A DNA stretch of 64,000 nucleotides from Acidimicrobiales bacterium (GTDB lineage: Bacteria; Actinomycetota; Acidimicrobiia; Acidimicrobiales; Acidimicrobilacustridaceae): NCBI GenBank assembly GCA_026419545.1, contig JANZZE010000001.1, positions 904 to 64,903 of the forward strand, in the 5' to 3' direction. Within the stretch, counting starts at the first letter, position 1. Every line of letters starts with the position of its first letter. The notes below the pieces were generated by a model, which was not told the origin of the DNA, made no database searches, and saw only the letters and a list, made by a program, of their open reading frames with translations. The position numbers and the translations under genes are program-made. Positions 43,232 through 53,570 of this stretch are shown here, piece after piece.

Positions 43232-44650
43232 TTAGTCGAGCCCCGCCAATCGGCGGGCGTACGCGTAGGCCGGACCGGGGTCGTAGCTGCGGAAGGTCTG
43301 CAGCTTCTCGGCTTCGACCGATCCTTCGGCATGGACTGCAAGGACGGCGTGGTAGCCACCGAAGTCACGCGCGGTGAGATCGGCGATGAGGTTCATCATC
43401 CTCAATCGCTCCTCGGCAGGGGCGGCAGCTTGGAAGTACTTCTCGAGAACCGGCCGTACCTCATCGCTTGCCCAGTCCTCGGCCCCGGGGCCGGTCACCA
43501 ACAGACCGCCGGCACAGTCCTGAACCAGTTCGATGGCCTGGTGGTAGCGGGTGGCAAACGTGTATTTCGCCATGTTGGTCGTGAGCGGATCGGGGTACGC
43601 GATGCCTGTTCGTTCGTCGATCTGGGCTCTGATTGCCGCCATGTGGGTGAGTGCCCGGACCGTCTCCGCATACATGATCAGCATCGTGAGCTTGTCACGG
43701 ATGTGGCCGGCTTTGATCACCCCGTTCATCTCGGCGATCTGGCCAGCTGCGCCTACCAGGAGGTCGACGAGGGGCAGCTTGTAGGAGACCGCAGTGAACC
43801 GGTGGTATTCGACGAACGTCAGCGCCAGGCGCGCAGCCTTGTCGGGCTCGCGGCACAAGAACACGTGATCCCACGGAACGAAGACGTCATTGAAGACCGT
43901 GAGCGTCTCGAGCATCTTGTGTTTCGACGACAGTGGGAAATCGAAGCTCTCCCGCTCGCCGGCGGAATAGGACGAGATGTACATCTCCAGACCACGCGCG
44001 TTCGTCGGGACGACAAACGACACCGCGTAATCGGCGTCCTCGGGACCCATCGCTCTGGTCGGCAAGACGATGATGTAGTCGGCATTGGTGGCGATCGAGG
44101 TGTGGCACTTCGCTCCGCGAACGACGATGCCGTCATCGGTCTGGTCGACGACCCGTACGTACAGATCCGGATCGGCCTGTGCACTGGGCCCGAGTGCACG
44201 GTTACCCTTCACGTCGGTCTGGGCCACGGCGACAGCGAAATCACCGGCCCGGCACTTCTCGTAGAACGCCTTTGCCCGCTCGAGTGGTTCGCCTTCGAGC
44301 ACACGAAGCAGGGCGAACAACCCGTCCGATCCGATCTCCTTGATCAGGGTCACCATCGTCCCGCCGAGGCTGGTGCAGGTCTCGATGAGTCGAGACCGGT
44401 CGAGCAGGTCTTGACTCGTGCGAGGGATCTTGTAATACGCGCTGTATTCCTCGCCGGAATCCGGATCCTTCCAGACCGCGAGATCGCGGTACTCGGGGTT
44501 CTCGGCAACCTCGTAGTCGATGGCGGCGTGCTCGACCGCAACGCGCAGCTCGGGCACCGCCATGAGATCTTCGACGCGCTTGCCTCGATAGAAGAGCGTG
44601 CGGCCGTCGTTCAGGCTGGCGAAGTATTCAGCAGGGGTGCGAAGGGCCAT
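43232..44650 (-). CDS. HpaB / 4-hydroxybutyryl-CoA dehydratase (AbfD)-like family protein
   Basis: 472 aa with a family-typical N-terminus (EYFASLNDGR.L.Y.G..V) and central TDVKGNRALGPSAQADPDLYVRVV...GIVVRGAK.HTS. I cannot tell from sequence alone whether it is the flavin monooxygenase type or the dehydratase type. Confidence 0.7.
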   Translation of the reverse strand: MALRTPAEYFASLNDGRTLFYRGKRVEDLMAVPELRVAVEHAAIDYEVAENPEYRDLAVWKDPDSGEEYSAYYKIPRTSQDLLDRSRLIETCTSLGGTMVTLIKEIGSDGLFALLRVLEGEPLERAKAFYEKCRAGDFAVAVAQTDVKGNRALGPSAQADPDLYVRVVDQTDDGIVVRGAKCHTSIATNADYIIVLPTRAMGPEDADYAVSFVVPTNARGLEMYISSYSAGERESFDFPLSSKHKMLETLTVFNDVFVPWDHVFLCREPDKAARLALTFVEYHRFTAVSYKLPLVDLLVGAAGQIAEMNGVIKAGHIRDKLTMLIMYAETVRALTHMAAIRAQIDERTGIAYPDPLTTNMAKYTFATRYHQAIELVQDCAGGLLVTGPGAEDWASDEVRPVLEKYFQAAAPAEERLRMMNLIADLTARDFGGYHAVLAVHAEGSVEAEKLQTFRSYDPGPAYAYARRLAGLD

Positions 44651-44680
44651 GGCCGCAAGACTACTGATCCGCGATCGACG

Positions 44681-44708
44681 CTGACCGAGAACCTGTTCTC
44701 TTGGTCAG
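44681..44708. promoter_or_regulatory. Palindrome in the divergent promoter region between the HpaB-like gene and xerC
   Basis: ctgacc gagaac ct gttctc tt ggtcag. The core is a perfect 6+6 palindrome, GAGAAC-CT-GTTCTC. It lies 31 nt upstream of the HpaB-like start codon. Confidence 0.35.
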
Positions 44709-44794
44709 TGGGAACGACGAGTGTGAGGAGCCGTCCTGTTCGTGTCGTCTGCCAAGCACTCGTGTGGGCGAGCCTGGTTGTAGCGTTGGGTGCC

Positions 44795-45688
44795 GTGGCC
44801 GGTCCGGATCCTTGGCTGATCGAACAGTTCGTCATGTCGCTCGCCTCAGTGTCAGCCAACACCGTTGCCGCCTATCGTCGCGACATCACGGCTTTCTGCG
44901 AATGGGCTGAGCGTGGCGGTGTGCCGGGCCCGAGTGCGATCGATCGCCGGTCACTCCGCCGTTATCTCGCCTACTTGAACACACGTCGTTACTCGCGGCG
45001 GACGGTTGCGAGAAAGGTGTCATCGCTGCGGCGCTACTTCGGCTGGTTGCACCGTACCGGGCGCGTCGAAATCGACCCGTCCCTTGGTTTGGCGGCACCA
45101 CGAGGCGAAGCGCGCCTGCCGCGAGTGCTGCGCGATGACGAGCTGGCTGCGTTGCTGGACGAGCCGCCGGCGCGCGTCGCCGACGACCTGCCCGCAATCC
45201 GTCATCGAGACGATGCCGTTCTGGAACTCCTCTACGGGTCCGGGTTGCGGGTCAGCGAACTCTGCTCTATCACCTTCGGTGATCTCGACCTTGCGAACCG
45301 ATCGTTGGTGGTGTGGGGCAAGGGTGGCAAGCAGCGTCGGGTTCCGTTGAGCCAACCGGCGGTCGAGGCGCTGTCTCGTTGGCTGACGAGCGGACGGGAG
45401 GAGCTGGTGACCAGCGAGTCGCCCCCGGATCGGGTTTTCTTGAACCGCAGAGGACGAGGCCTCTCGCCCCGGGACGTGCGGCGCATTCTCGACCACCGAG
45501 CCAAAGCCCCAACCTATCCGCATGCGCTCCGCCACACGTTCGCAACCCACCTACTCGACGGTGGGGCCGACCTCCGCGTGGTGCAGGAACTCCTCGGTCA
45601 CAGCGACCTGTCAACGACACAGCTATACACTCACGTGAGTAGGGAGCGGCTACGCACCGTTCTTGACGCGACGCACCCCCGAGCGTAA
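44795..45688 (+). CDS. xerC: Tyrosine recombinase XerC
   Basis: Only the C-terminal part of the 825-aa ORF is the real gene. It carries ...AYRRDI..F..W, HALRHTFATHLL and LLGHSDLSTTQLYTH. I chose the GTG at 44795 as the start. Other GTGs lie at 44708-44762. Confidence 0.88.
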   Translation: MAGPDPWLIEQFVMSLASVSANTVAAYRRDITAFCEWAERGGVPGPSAIDRRSLRRYLAYLNTRRYSRRTVARKVSSLRRYFGWLHRTGRVEIDPSLGLAAPRGEARLPRVLRDDELAALLDEPPARVADDLPAIRHRDDAVLELLYGSGLRVSELCSITFGDLDLANRSLVVWGKGGKQRRVPLSQPAVEALSRWLTSGREELVTSESPPDRVFLNRRGRGLSPRDVRRILDHRAKAPTYPHALRHTFATHLLDGGADLRVVQELLGHSDLSTTQLYTHVSRERLRTVLDATHPRA

Positions 45689-45697
45689 GGGCCACCG

Positions 45698-46480
45698 GTG
45701 GACGACGACGCCGCACTCGAGATCGAACGGCTCTGGGCCGAGTACAAGACATCTGGCGCACGCGAGGTGCGTGATCAGCTCATCGTGCACTACTCGCCCC
45801 TCGTCAAGTACGTCGCTGGCCGGGTCGCGGTTGGTCTTCCCCAGAACGTCGAGCAAGCCGACCTGGTCAGCTACGGCATTTTCGGTCTAATCGACGCAAT
45901 CGAGAAGTTTGATCCCGGTCGGGGGTACAAGTTCGAGACCTACGCGATCGCGCGGATCAAGGGAGCCATTCTCGACGAACTCCGATCTATTGACTGGGTG
46001 CCCCGCTCGGTGCGAGCCAAGGCGCGGGCATTGGAGAAGGCGTACGCAAAGCTCGAAGGGGAACTGCACCGGACGCCCACCGATGAGGAGCTCGCCCAAG
46101 AGCTCGGCATGACCGATGAGCAGCTCCAGCAGACGCTCAACCAGATATCGTTCGTCGGCTTGGTCGCCTTGGACGAGATGTTGTCGGTCGGTGGGGATCG
46201 GGGCGAGTCGCTGACCCTCGGCGACACGATCGCGGACTCCGGCGAAGGCCCGGTGGCTGCCTATGAGGTCGAGGAGATGCGGCACATCCTCGCTGACGCG
46301 ATCAACCGCATGCCCGAGCGGGAAAAAATCGTGCTGACCTTGTACTACTACGAGGGTCTCACCCTCGCTGAGATCGGCCAGGTGCTCGGCGTCACCGAAA
46401 GCCGTGTTTGCCAGATCCACACCAAAGCGGTGCTGCAGCTGCGCTCGCGTATCCTGGCCTCCGAACGCGAACCGGCGTAG
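45698..46480 (+). CDS. RNA polymerase sigma factor, FliA/WhiG (sigma-28) subfamily
   Basis: Region 2 ([39 protein letters not shown]) and region 4 ([25 protein letters not shown]) fit the FliA/WhiG type rather than the ECF type. In Streptomyces, as I recall, whiG lies in the equivalent place near rpsB-tsf. Confidence 0.8.
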   Translation: MDDDAALEIERLWAEYKTSGAREVRDQLIVHYSPLVKYVAGRVAVGLPQNVEQADLVSYGIFGLIDAIEKFDPGRGYKFETYAIARIKGAILDELRSIDWVPRSVRAKARALEKAYAKLEGELHRTPTDEELAQELGMTDEQLQQTLNQISFVGLVALDEMLSVGGDRGESLTLGDTIADSGEGPVAAYEVEEMRHILADAINRMPEREKIVLTLYYYEGLTLAEIGQVLGVTESRVCQIHTKAVLQLRSRILASEREPA

Positions 46481-46642
46481 GCGCTCCTGCACCAATCGGC
46501 GCTGATCAGGCGTCCTCGGCCGTGGGCCTGAGTTCCGGCCCCGGGCTTTGCGCCGTCACAACGACGGTCCTTCCCCCTTAACTGCACCCGCTCCGCCGCC
46601 CTCATGTGTTGCGTGCCGGAGTTCCGAGCCGGGGGAGTTCTT

Positions 46643-48256
46643 ATGTTCAGGCCTCTACGGCACCTCGCCGTCGTGACGATGCTGGCCGCTGCGCTCGCTG
46701 CTGGCCCGAGCCCCGTCGGAGCGTCGAGTCTCACCAGTGGACTTGATGCGCACGGCCTTGGCGCTCCGCAACCGACCTACCAGCCTCCCGTCGACGGGGT
46801 AGTGGTCGATCCGTTCCGCCCACCTTCTCACGCCTACGGGCCAGGCAATCGTGGCTTGTCCTATGCCACCGCACCCGGCTCGGTGGTGCGGGCGGCGGCT
46901 GCCGGACTCGTCGTTTTCGCCGGACAGGTGGGCGGCACGCTGCATGTCACGGTCTTGCACGGGGACGGCTTGCGTACCAGCTATTCATTTCTGGCGAGCG
47001 TCCTGGTCAGCGAGGGCCAGGAGGTCGCTTCCGGTCAGCCGATCGGCATCGCGGGGCCCACCGTTCATTTCGGGGTTCGAGACGCTACGGGTCGGTATCT
47101 CGATCCGGCGGACCTTCTCGCTGGCGCGGTACCACACGTCGTGCTCGTTCCCGGTGGTGACGATGGAGCGCCGGATGGTCGTTTCTCGGGCGAGCATGGA
47201 GAAGAAAGAGCTGCGGCCGGTGAGCGCGCCCAGTTCGCGAGCCTCTCCACCGAGTTGACACGCCGGCAGTTCTCGTCCGACGAGCTCGCCATGATGCGGA
47301 GGCTCTCCGCCGCCCTCGATCGACTCCCCCTGCCAGGAGCGCCCACTGTCCCCTCGTCCCGGCTGATGGCCGGAATGCTCGAATGGTCATTTTCGAAAGA
47401 CAACTGTCGCCAGAGCGGTGCGGATCGGATCGCGACGGACGCGCCGACGCGCCGGATCGTTGTCCTCGTTGGTGGTCTGGGCTCGTCGAATGCCGATGCT
47501 GCGGTCCGTGACGTGGATACCGCGGCCCTCGGGTACGCGCCTGATGACGTTTTGCTGTTCTCCTACCGTGATGGCAGCCGACCGGATCTGCCCTACGACG
47601 CCGCAGACACCCAGCAGGACCTCTTGGTTTCTGCCGATCGACTTGCCGAACTGCTGTCCCGGACCGCCGCCGCCAATCCTGGGGTCCCAATCGACGTCAT
47701 CGCACATTCACAGGGTGGCGTTGTCGCCCGGTTCGCGTTGGCGCGGGCCCAGCGTCGCGGGTTGGTCTCGGCCGAACTCGGCACGGTCGTCACCCTGGGC
47801 ACGCCGCATCGAGGCGCGCCCCTCGCTGGAGCTGCCCAAGCGTTAGAAGGGCAGCCAACTGTTCGTGAAGCGTTGCGTTCGTTCCTTGCTGCCGCGGGGG
47901 CCGACATCGACCCGGCGGCGGTGTCGGTTTCCCAACTCGCCCCTGGCTCGCCCTTGCTGGGTCGATTGGACGCGCGGCTTGCTGGAAGTGGTGTACGGAT
48001 TGTGAGTATTGCTGCCCGTGGCGACCTCGTTGTTCCGTCGCCCCGCTCCAAGGTCGGCGGTGAACCTGCCCGTGTCATTCCGCTCGCGGGACCGTCGGCG
48101 CATTCCCGCTTGCCCGGCGATCCCCGCACTACCGAGGAGATACGAGCTGCCATCGCTGGATTGCCGGCCCGGTGCCGCTCATTTGGCGAAGCCCTGGTCG
48201 ACGAAGTCACCGGGGTCACCATCGATGCGGTCGAGACGGCCTTGGCTTCAGGTTGA
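46643..48256 (+). CDS. Secreted M23 peptidase domain fused to a lipase-like alpha/beta hydrolase domain
   Basis: Signal peptide MFRPLRHLAVVTMLAAALAAGPSPVGA. The M23/LytM-like core includes HVTVLHGDGLRTSYSF...HFGVRD. The C-terminal half has the nucleophile elbow AHSQGG and LGTPHRG, typical of PGAP1/lipase class 2-like hydrolases. Confidence 0.75.
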   Translation: MFRPLRHLAVVTMLAAALAAGPSPVGASSLTSGLDAHGLGAPQPTYQPPVDGVVVDPFRPPSHAYGPGNRGLSYATAPGSVVRAAAAGLVVFAGQVGGTLHVTVLHGDGLRTSYSFLASVLVSEGQEVASGQPIGIAGPTVHFGVRDATGRYLDPADLLAGAVPHVVLVPGGDDGAPDGRFSGEHGEERAAAGERAQFASLSTELTRRQFSSDELAMMRRLSAALDRLPLPGAPTVPSSRLMAGMLEWSFSKDNCRQSGADRIATDAPTRRIVVLVGGLGSSNADAAVRDVDTAALGYAPDDVLLFSYRDGSRPDLPYDAADTQQDLLVSADRLAELLSRTAAANPGVPIDVIAHSQGGVVARFALARAQRRGLVSAELGTVVTLGTPHRGAPLAGAAQALEGQPTVREALRSFLAAAGADIDPAAVSVSQLAPGSPLLGRLDARLAGSGVRIVSIAARGDLVVPSPRSKVGGEPARVIPLAGPSAHSRLPGDPRTTEEIRAAIAGLPARCRSFGEALVDEVTGVTIDAVETALASG

Positions 48257-48594
48257 CCGGGCTCCGTTGCGGCCGTCATGTGCCCCGTCGATTGGACCGA
48301 TGATGGCGCCATCGCGACCAGATGCTCCGCATTGAAGCGGGCACTGCGTCAACGAGACGTCTAGCTCCCCGACAGCCTCATTTGCGGTTTGGTGCAGCTG
48401 TGTTAGTTGGCCGATGCGGAGCAGTCTCAATACACTGTCGGCTCGCCTCACCAACCAGTGGGCACGAACCAGGCCGACCGGCTTGATCGGTTCGGCCACA
48501 CGCTTCGCCCGGGTCCTCCCACGGTCGTTGTCGTGCGAGCGCGCACGTTGACGTCGGGTCCGGGTTACGACCAACCGATGGGAAGGAGAAAAAC

Positions 48595-49602
48595 GTGGCA
48601 CCTGTCGTGACGATGCGGCAGCTGCTGGAGGCCGGGGTTCATTTCGGCCACCAGACGCGGCGCTGGAACCCGAAGATGAAGCGATTCATCTATGGGGAGC
48701 GCAACGGCATCTACATCATCGATCTGCAGCAGACCCTGAGCCATATAGAGACGGCCTACACCTTTGTCAGGGATCTGGTGGCCGATGGCGGGACGATCCT
48801 GTTCGTAGGGACCAAGAAACAAGCGCAGGATCCGATCCAAAGTTACGCCGAGAAGTGCGGCATGCCCTATGTCAACCAGCGTTGGCTCGGTGGCATGCTC
48901 ACCAACTTTCAGACCATCGCGAAACGCATCGGCAAGATGAAGGATTACCAGCGCCAGCGCGAGGCCGGCGAGTTTGAAGCGATGCCCAAGAAGGAAGCGC
49001 TCCGGTGCATCCGGGAGCTCGCCAAACTCGAGCGGTACCTCGGTGGCATCCGCAACATGGATCGCTTACCCGACGCGATTTTCGTGCTCGACACCAAGAA
49101 GGAGAGCATCGCGGTCACCGAGGCGAACAAGCTTGGAATCCCGATCGTGGCTGTTGTCGATACCAACTGCGATCCCGACGTCATCCAGTACCTCATCCCG
49201 GGCAACGACGACGCGATCCGATCTGGAACGCTCATGTGCAGGATCATTGCGGATGCCGTTGAGGAGGGTCGCTTCATCGCCTCTCGCCGGGACCCGACCG
49301 CGGTTTCCCCGAGCCGGACTCCTGAGCAGGAGGCCGCGATCCGTGCCGCTCAGGCCGAAGCAGCTCGACAGGCAGCTGCAGAAGCAGCGGAGCGTGAGGC
49401 ACGCATTGCTGCCAACCTGCAGTCAGCCGCTGAGACCGAGCGGGCGGCAGCATCCGACACCCCGCCGTCGAACCCCGGGCTGTCCCCCGAGAACGCGATG
49501 AATCTGCTCGATGACGCATCCGCCGTCACCCAACAGGAGATCGCTGCCGAACGAGCAGAGCGAGCCGAGGGTGCTGTGGCAAACACCGACGAGGAGTCCT
49601 GA
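48595..49602 (+). CDS. rpsB: 30S ribosomal protein S2 with an Ala/Glu-rich C-terminal extension
   Basis: [25 protein letters not shown] is the canonical N-terminus. The SD ggaaggag lies upstream. Confidence 0.95.
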   Translation: MAPVVTMRQLLEAGVHFGHQTRRWNPKMKRFIYGERNGIYIIDLQQTLSHIETAYTFVRDLVADGGTILFVGTKKQAQDPIQSYAEKCGMPYVNQRWLGGMLTNFQTIAKRIGKMKDYQRQREAGEFEAMPKKEALRCIRELAKLERYLGGIRNMDRLPDAIFVLDTKKESIAVTEANKLGIPIVAVVDTNCDPDVIQYLIPGNDDAIRSGTLMCRIIADAVEEGRFIASRRDPTAVSPSRTPEQEAAIRAAQAEAARQAAAEAAEREARIAANLQSAAETERAAASDTPPSNPGLSPENAMNLLDDASAVTQQEIAAERAERAEGAVANTDEES

Positions 49603-49605
49603 TCG

Positions 49606-51154
<1,549 letters not shown>

Positions 51155-51201
51155 GGCGGTAGCGTTCCTTCACCGAACCTGACGCAAGAGGTGATGAACC
51201 T

Positions 51202-51771
51202 GTGAGCACCGAGATGGCTGACCTGGTCCTCGAGGAGACTGAGGAAAAGATGCGCAAGGCCGTCGCTCACGCCAAGGCGGAGTTCGCGTCGGTGCGCACA
51301 GGCCGGGCGTCACCCGCGCTGATCGAGAAGCTCCCAGTCGAGTACTACGGCACGGAGGTCCCGCTCCAGCAGCTCGCTGGCTTCACCGTCCCTGAAGCTC
51401 GCCAGCTCCTAATCAACCCCTATGACAAAGCATCGATTGGTTCCATAGAGAAGGCAATCCAGAACTCCGATCTAGGGCTCACGCCCAGCAACGACGGCAA
51501 CAGTATTCGCCTCACTTTCCCGCCCCTGACGCAAGAGCGGCGCAAGGAGCTCGTGAAGCGGGTCAAGCACATGGCCGAAGAGGGCCGCGTTGCCCTGCGT
51601 AACATTCGGCGCGCCGCTCGCCACGACTTGGAGTCACTGGAGAAGGATCACGAGCTCTCGAGTGACGAGTTGTCGCGTTACGAGAAGGAGCTCGACAAGA
51701 AGATCCACCTCCACGAAGCTGAGATCGATAAGGCGCTCGAAGCCAAAGAACGGGAGTTGCTCGAGGACTGA
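51202..51771 (+). CDS. frr: Ribosome recycling factor
   Basis: MRKAVAHAKAEFASVRTGRASPALIE...IRLTFPPLTQERRKELVK, the canonical Frr pattern. Confidence 0.95.
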   Translation: MSTEMADLVLEETEEKMRKAVAHAKAEFASVRTGRASPALIEKLPVEYYGTEVPLQQLAGFTVPEARQLLINPYDKASIGSIEKAIQNSDLGLTPSNDGNSIRLTFPPLTQERRKELVKRVKHMAEEGRVALRNIRRAARHDLESLEKDHELSSDELSRYEKELDKKIHLHEAEIDKALEAKERELLED

Positions 51772-53429
51772 TGGGCGAGGACTCACTGTTCAGCCGGGGC
51801 AAAGCTGACGAGCCGGAACGACAGTCCGGGTCGTCGCCGCCGACTGTGAAGCCGTCACACCCGCCAGCCAATGGCAGCGAAGGTGTCCGAATCATCGACC
51901 CTTCCCAGGCGGCTGAAGCTGTTGAGAAGCACCAGGCAGAGCGGCGCAGGGGAGCGAAGGCGAAGCAGAGCGACAAGCCGCCTGCGGGCGTGAAACCAGC
52001 CCTGCGATTTCCGCTCGATGAAGGCACCGATGTGGAGGCGATCGAGCGGCCAAAACCAGCGCCCGTCCCTGCTGAGGGAGCGGAACCGGGTTCGGGCCCG
52101 GTGATCAACGTCGGCCCGCCGACCGGTGAGCACAAGCTCCCGCACTGGACGGAGCCGGCCACTGGCGAGGTCCCAAAGGTGGTGATCGGTGACCGGGATG
52201 CCGAAGGGCCAAAGGAACAGGGCACTTGGAGCACGTTGGCCACCGGACCTCGCTGGAGGGAGCATGCGGACGACTGGGATGAGACCGGAATCACCGAACT
52301 TGCTGACGAACTCGAAGGTGATGAGGCTGTCCGACTGGGAGCGCTCGACACGAGCGAACGACCCACCCAGGAGGAGTTCCTCGCCTTTGACGACCTCGAG
52401 GTCCCGGACGCCGAGTTGCCGAGGGCTCCGGCCAAGGGCTCCGCTGGTGATCCCATCCGCATCGTCACCGATCAGCGCAGTCGCCCGCCTGGAGCTGCTC
52501 GCGGCGCAGCGCCAGCCCGGTCGGCAGCACCCCGCACCGGCGTGGTCGGCGGGCCGCGACCCGACCGGGCAAGTCAGTCCTCGGCGCTCGGTGGAACAAC
52601 CGGTCGCAATCTTCCGGTTGCCGTTGCCGTCGGTGTGACCATCGGCGCAGTTGCGGTCCTGTTCTTCAAGCTCGGGCCCGGATGGACGGCAGGGCTCGCA
52701 GCTGCGGTCCTGTTCGTCTGCGCCGGTGAGTTCTTCGCGGCGTCACATCGCGGCGGTTTCAAACCCGTCACTCCGATCGGGCTCGTCGGAGTGGTGGGCA
52801 TGGTGTGGGCAGCCTTCGCCAAGGGTGAGGCGGGCATCCCCTTTGTGCTGTTCCTCGTGGTCGTCGTTGGGTCGGTCTGGTTCCTGGTCGGGGTGACCGA
52901 CGATCCACCTTTACGGAACCTGGGTATCACCGTCTTCGGGGTGGTCTATGTGGGGGTCCTCGGCTCGTATGCTTCGTTGATCCTCAAGATCGGCCCCGCT
53001 GGCAACGCCAGATCGGTTGATCAGGGCGTGAGTATCCTACTCCTAGCGGCGCTCGCGACGGTGGCCTACGACGTGGGCGGGTTGTTCATCGGTGGTCGCT
53101 TCGGCCGGACCACGTTCTCCAAGGCCAGCCCGCACAAGACTATCGAAGGGCTCGCTGGCGGCATGGCCGCCGGCGTGGTGGTGACGTTGATCGCCGGGTT
53201 GCTGTTCGGGCCGTTCACGACCGTGCAGGATTTGTTCTTCGGCGTGATGTGCGTCATCGCGGCTCCGATCGGCGACCTCGCTGAATCGATGCTCAAACGT
53301 GATCTAGGCGTCAAAGACTTCGGCGATCTGTTGCCCGGTCACGGCGGAGTGCTCGATCGGTTCGACGCACTGTTGTTCGTTCTGCCGACGGCGTATTACG
53401 TGAGCCGGGTGCTCCTTGGCTTGAGTTGA
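51771..53429 (+). CDS. cdsA: Phosphatidate cytidylyltransferase with a ~270-aa low-complexity N-terminal extension
   Basis: The C-terminal ~280 aa are multi-TM and carry the CDS signature SMLKRDLGVKDFGDLLPGHGGVLDRFD. The ATG overlaps the frr stop by 1 nt (tgATG). Confidence 0.85.
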   Translation: MGEDSLFSRGKADEPERQSGSSPPTVKPSHPPANGSEGVRIIDPSQAAEAVEKHQAERRRGAKAKQSDKPPAGVKPALRFPLDEGTDVEAIERPKPAPVPAEGAEPGSGPVINVGPPTGEHKLPHWTEPATGEVPKVVIGDRDAEGPKEQGTWSTLATGPRWREHADDWDETGITELADELEGDEAVRLGALDTSERPTQEEFLAFDDLEVPDAELPRAPAKGSAGDPIRIVTDQRSRPPGAARGAAPARSAAPRTGVVGGPRPDRASQSSALGGTTGRNLPVAVAVGVTIGAVAVLFFKLGPGWTAGLAAAVLFVCAGEFFAASHRGGFKPVTPIGLVGVVGMVWAAFAKGEAGIPFVLFLVVVVGSVWFLVGVTDDPPLRNLGITVFGVVYVGVLGSYASLILKIGPAGNARSVDQGVSILLLAALATVAYDVGGLFIGGRFGRTTFSKASPHKTIEGLAGGMAAGVVVTLIAGLLFGPFTTVQDLFFGVMCVIAAPIGDLAESMLKRDLGVKDFGDLLPGHGGVLDRFDALLFVLPTAYYVSRVLLGLS

Positions 53430-53570
53430 TCGAACGGGTGGAGCTATCTCGGATGCGTCCCTGGCGGCGTGTCTCGCCCGAGGTTGGGCTCTTGATCCAT
53501 GGGTGGAACCGCAAGCGTTGGGTCCTCCGGGAAGCCGGGTCTCACCGAGCAGAGCGATAGCCTGGCCGCG

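Noticed and set aside
44687-44700. GAGAAC-CT-GTTCTC as a LexA/SOS box next to dprA/xerC.
   Set aside because: Actinobacterial and Gram-positive SOS boxes are GAAC-N4-GTTC, whereas this spacing is N2. I keep it only as a generic operator-like palindrome.
43211-44794. The N-terminal ~530 codons of the 825-aa plus-strand ORF.
   Set aside because: This part lies exactly antisense to the well-supported HpaB/AbfD-like gene and has no family resemblance. It is a typical shadow ORF of high-GC DNA. Only the XerC part (from about 44795) is real.
46481-46642. Possible c-di-AMP (ydaO-type) riboswitch upstream of the M23 cell-wall hydrolase gene.
   Set aside because: Such riboswitches often precede wall hydrolases in Actinobacteria, but I could not find the conserved pseudo-symmetric core motifs by eye. 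I saw only a weak gagttccg...gagttccg similarity. An Infernal scan would be needed.
48248-48601. 117-aa minus-strand ORF upstream of rpsB.
   Set aside because: It overlaps the ends of both flanking genes, is Arg-rich, and has no recognisable domain or SD.
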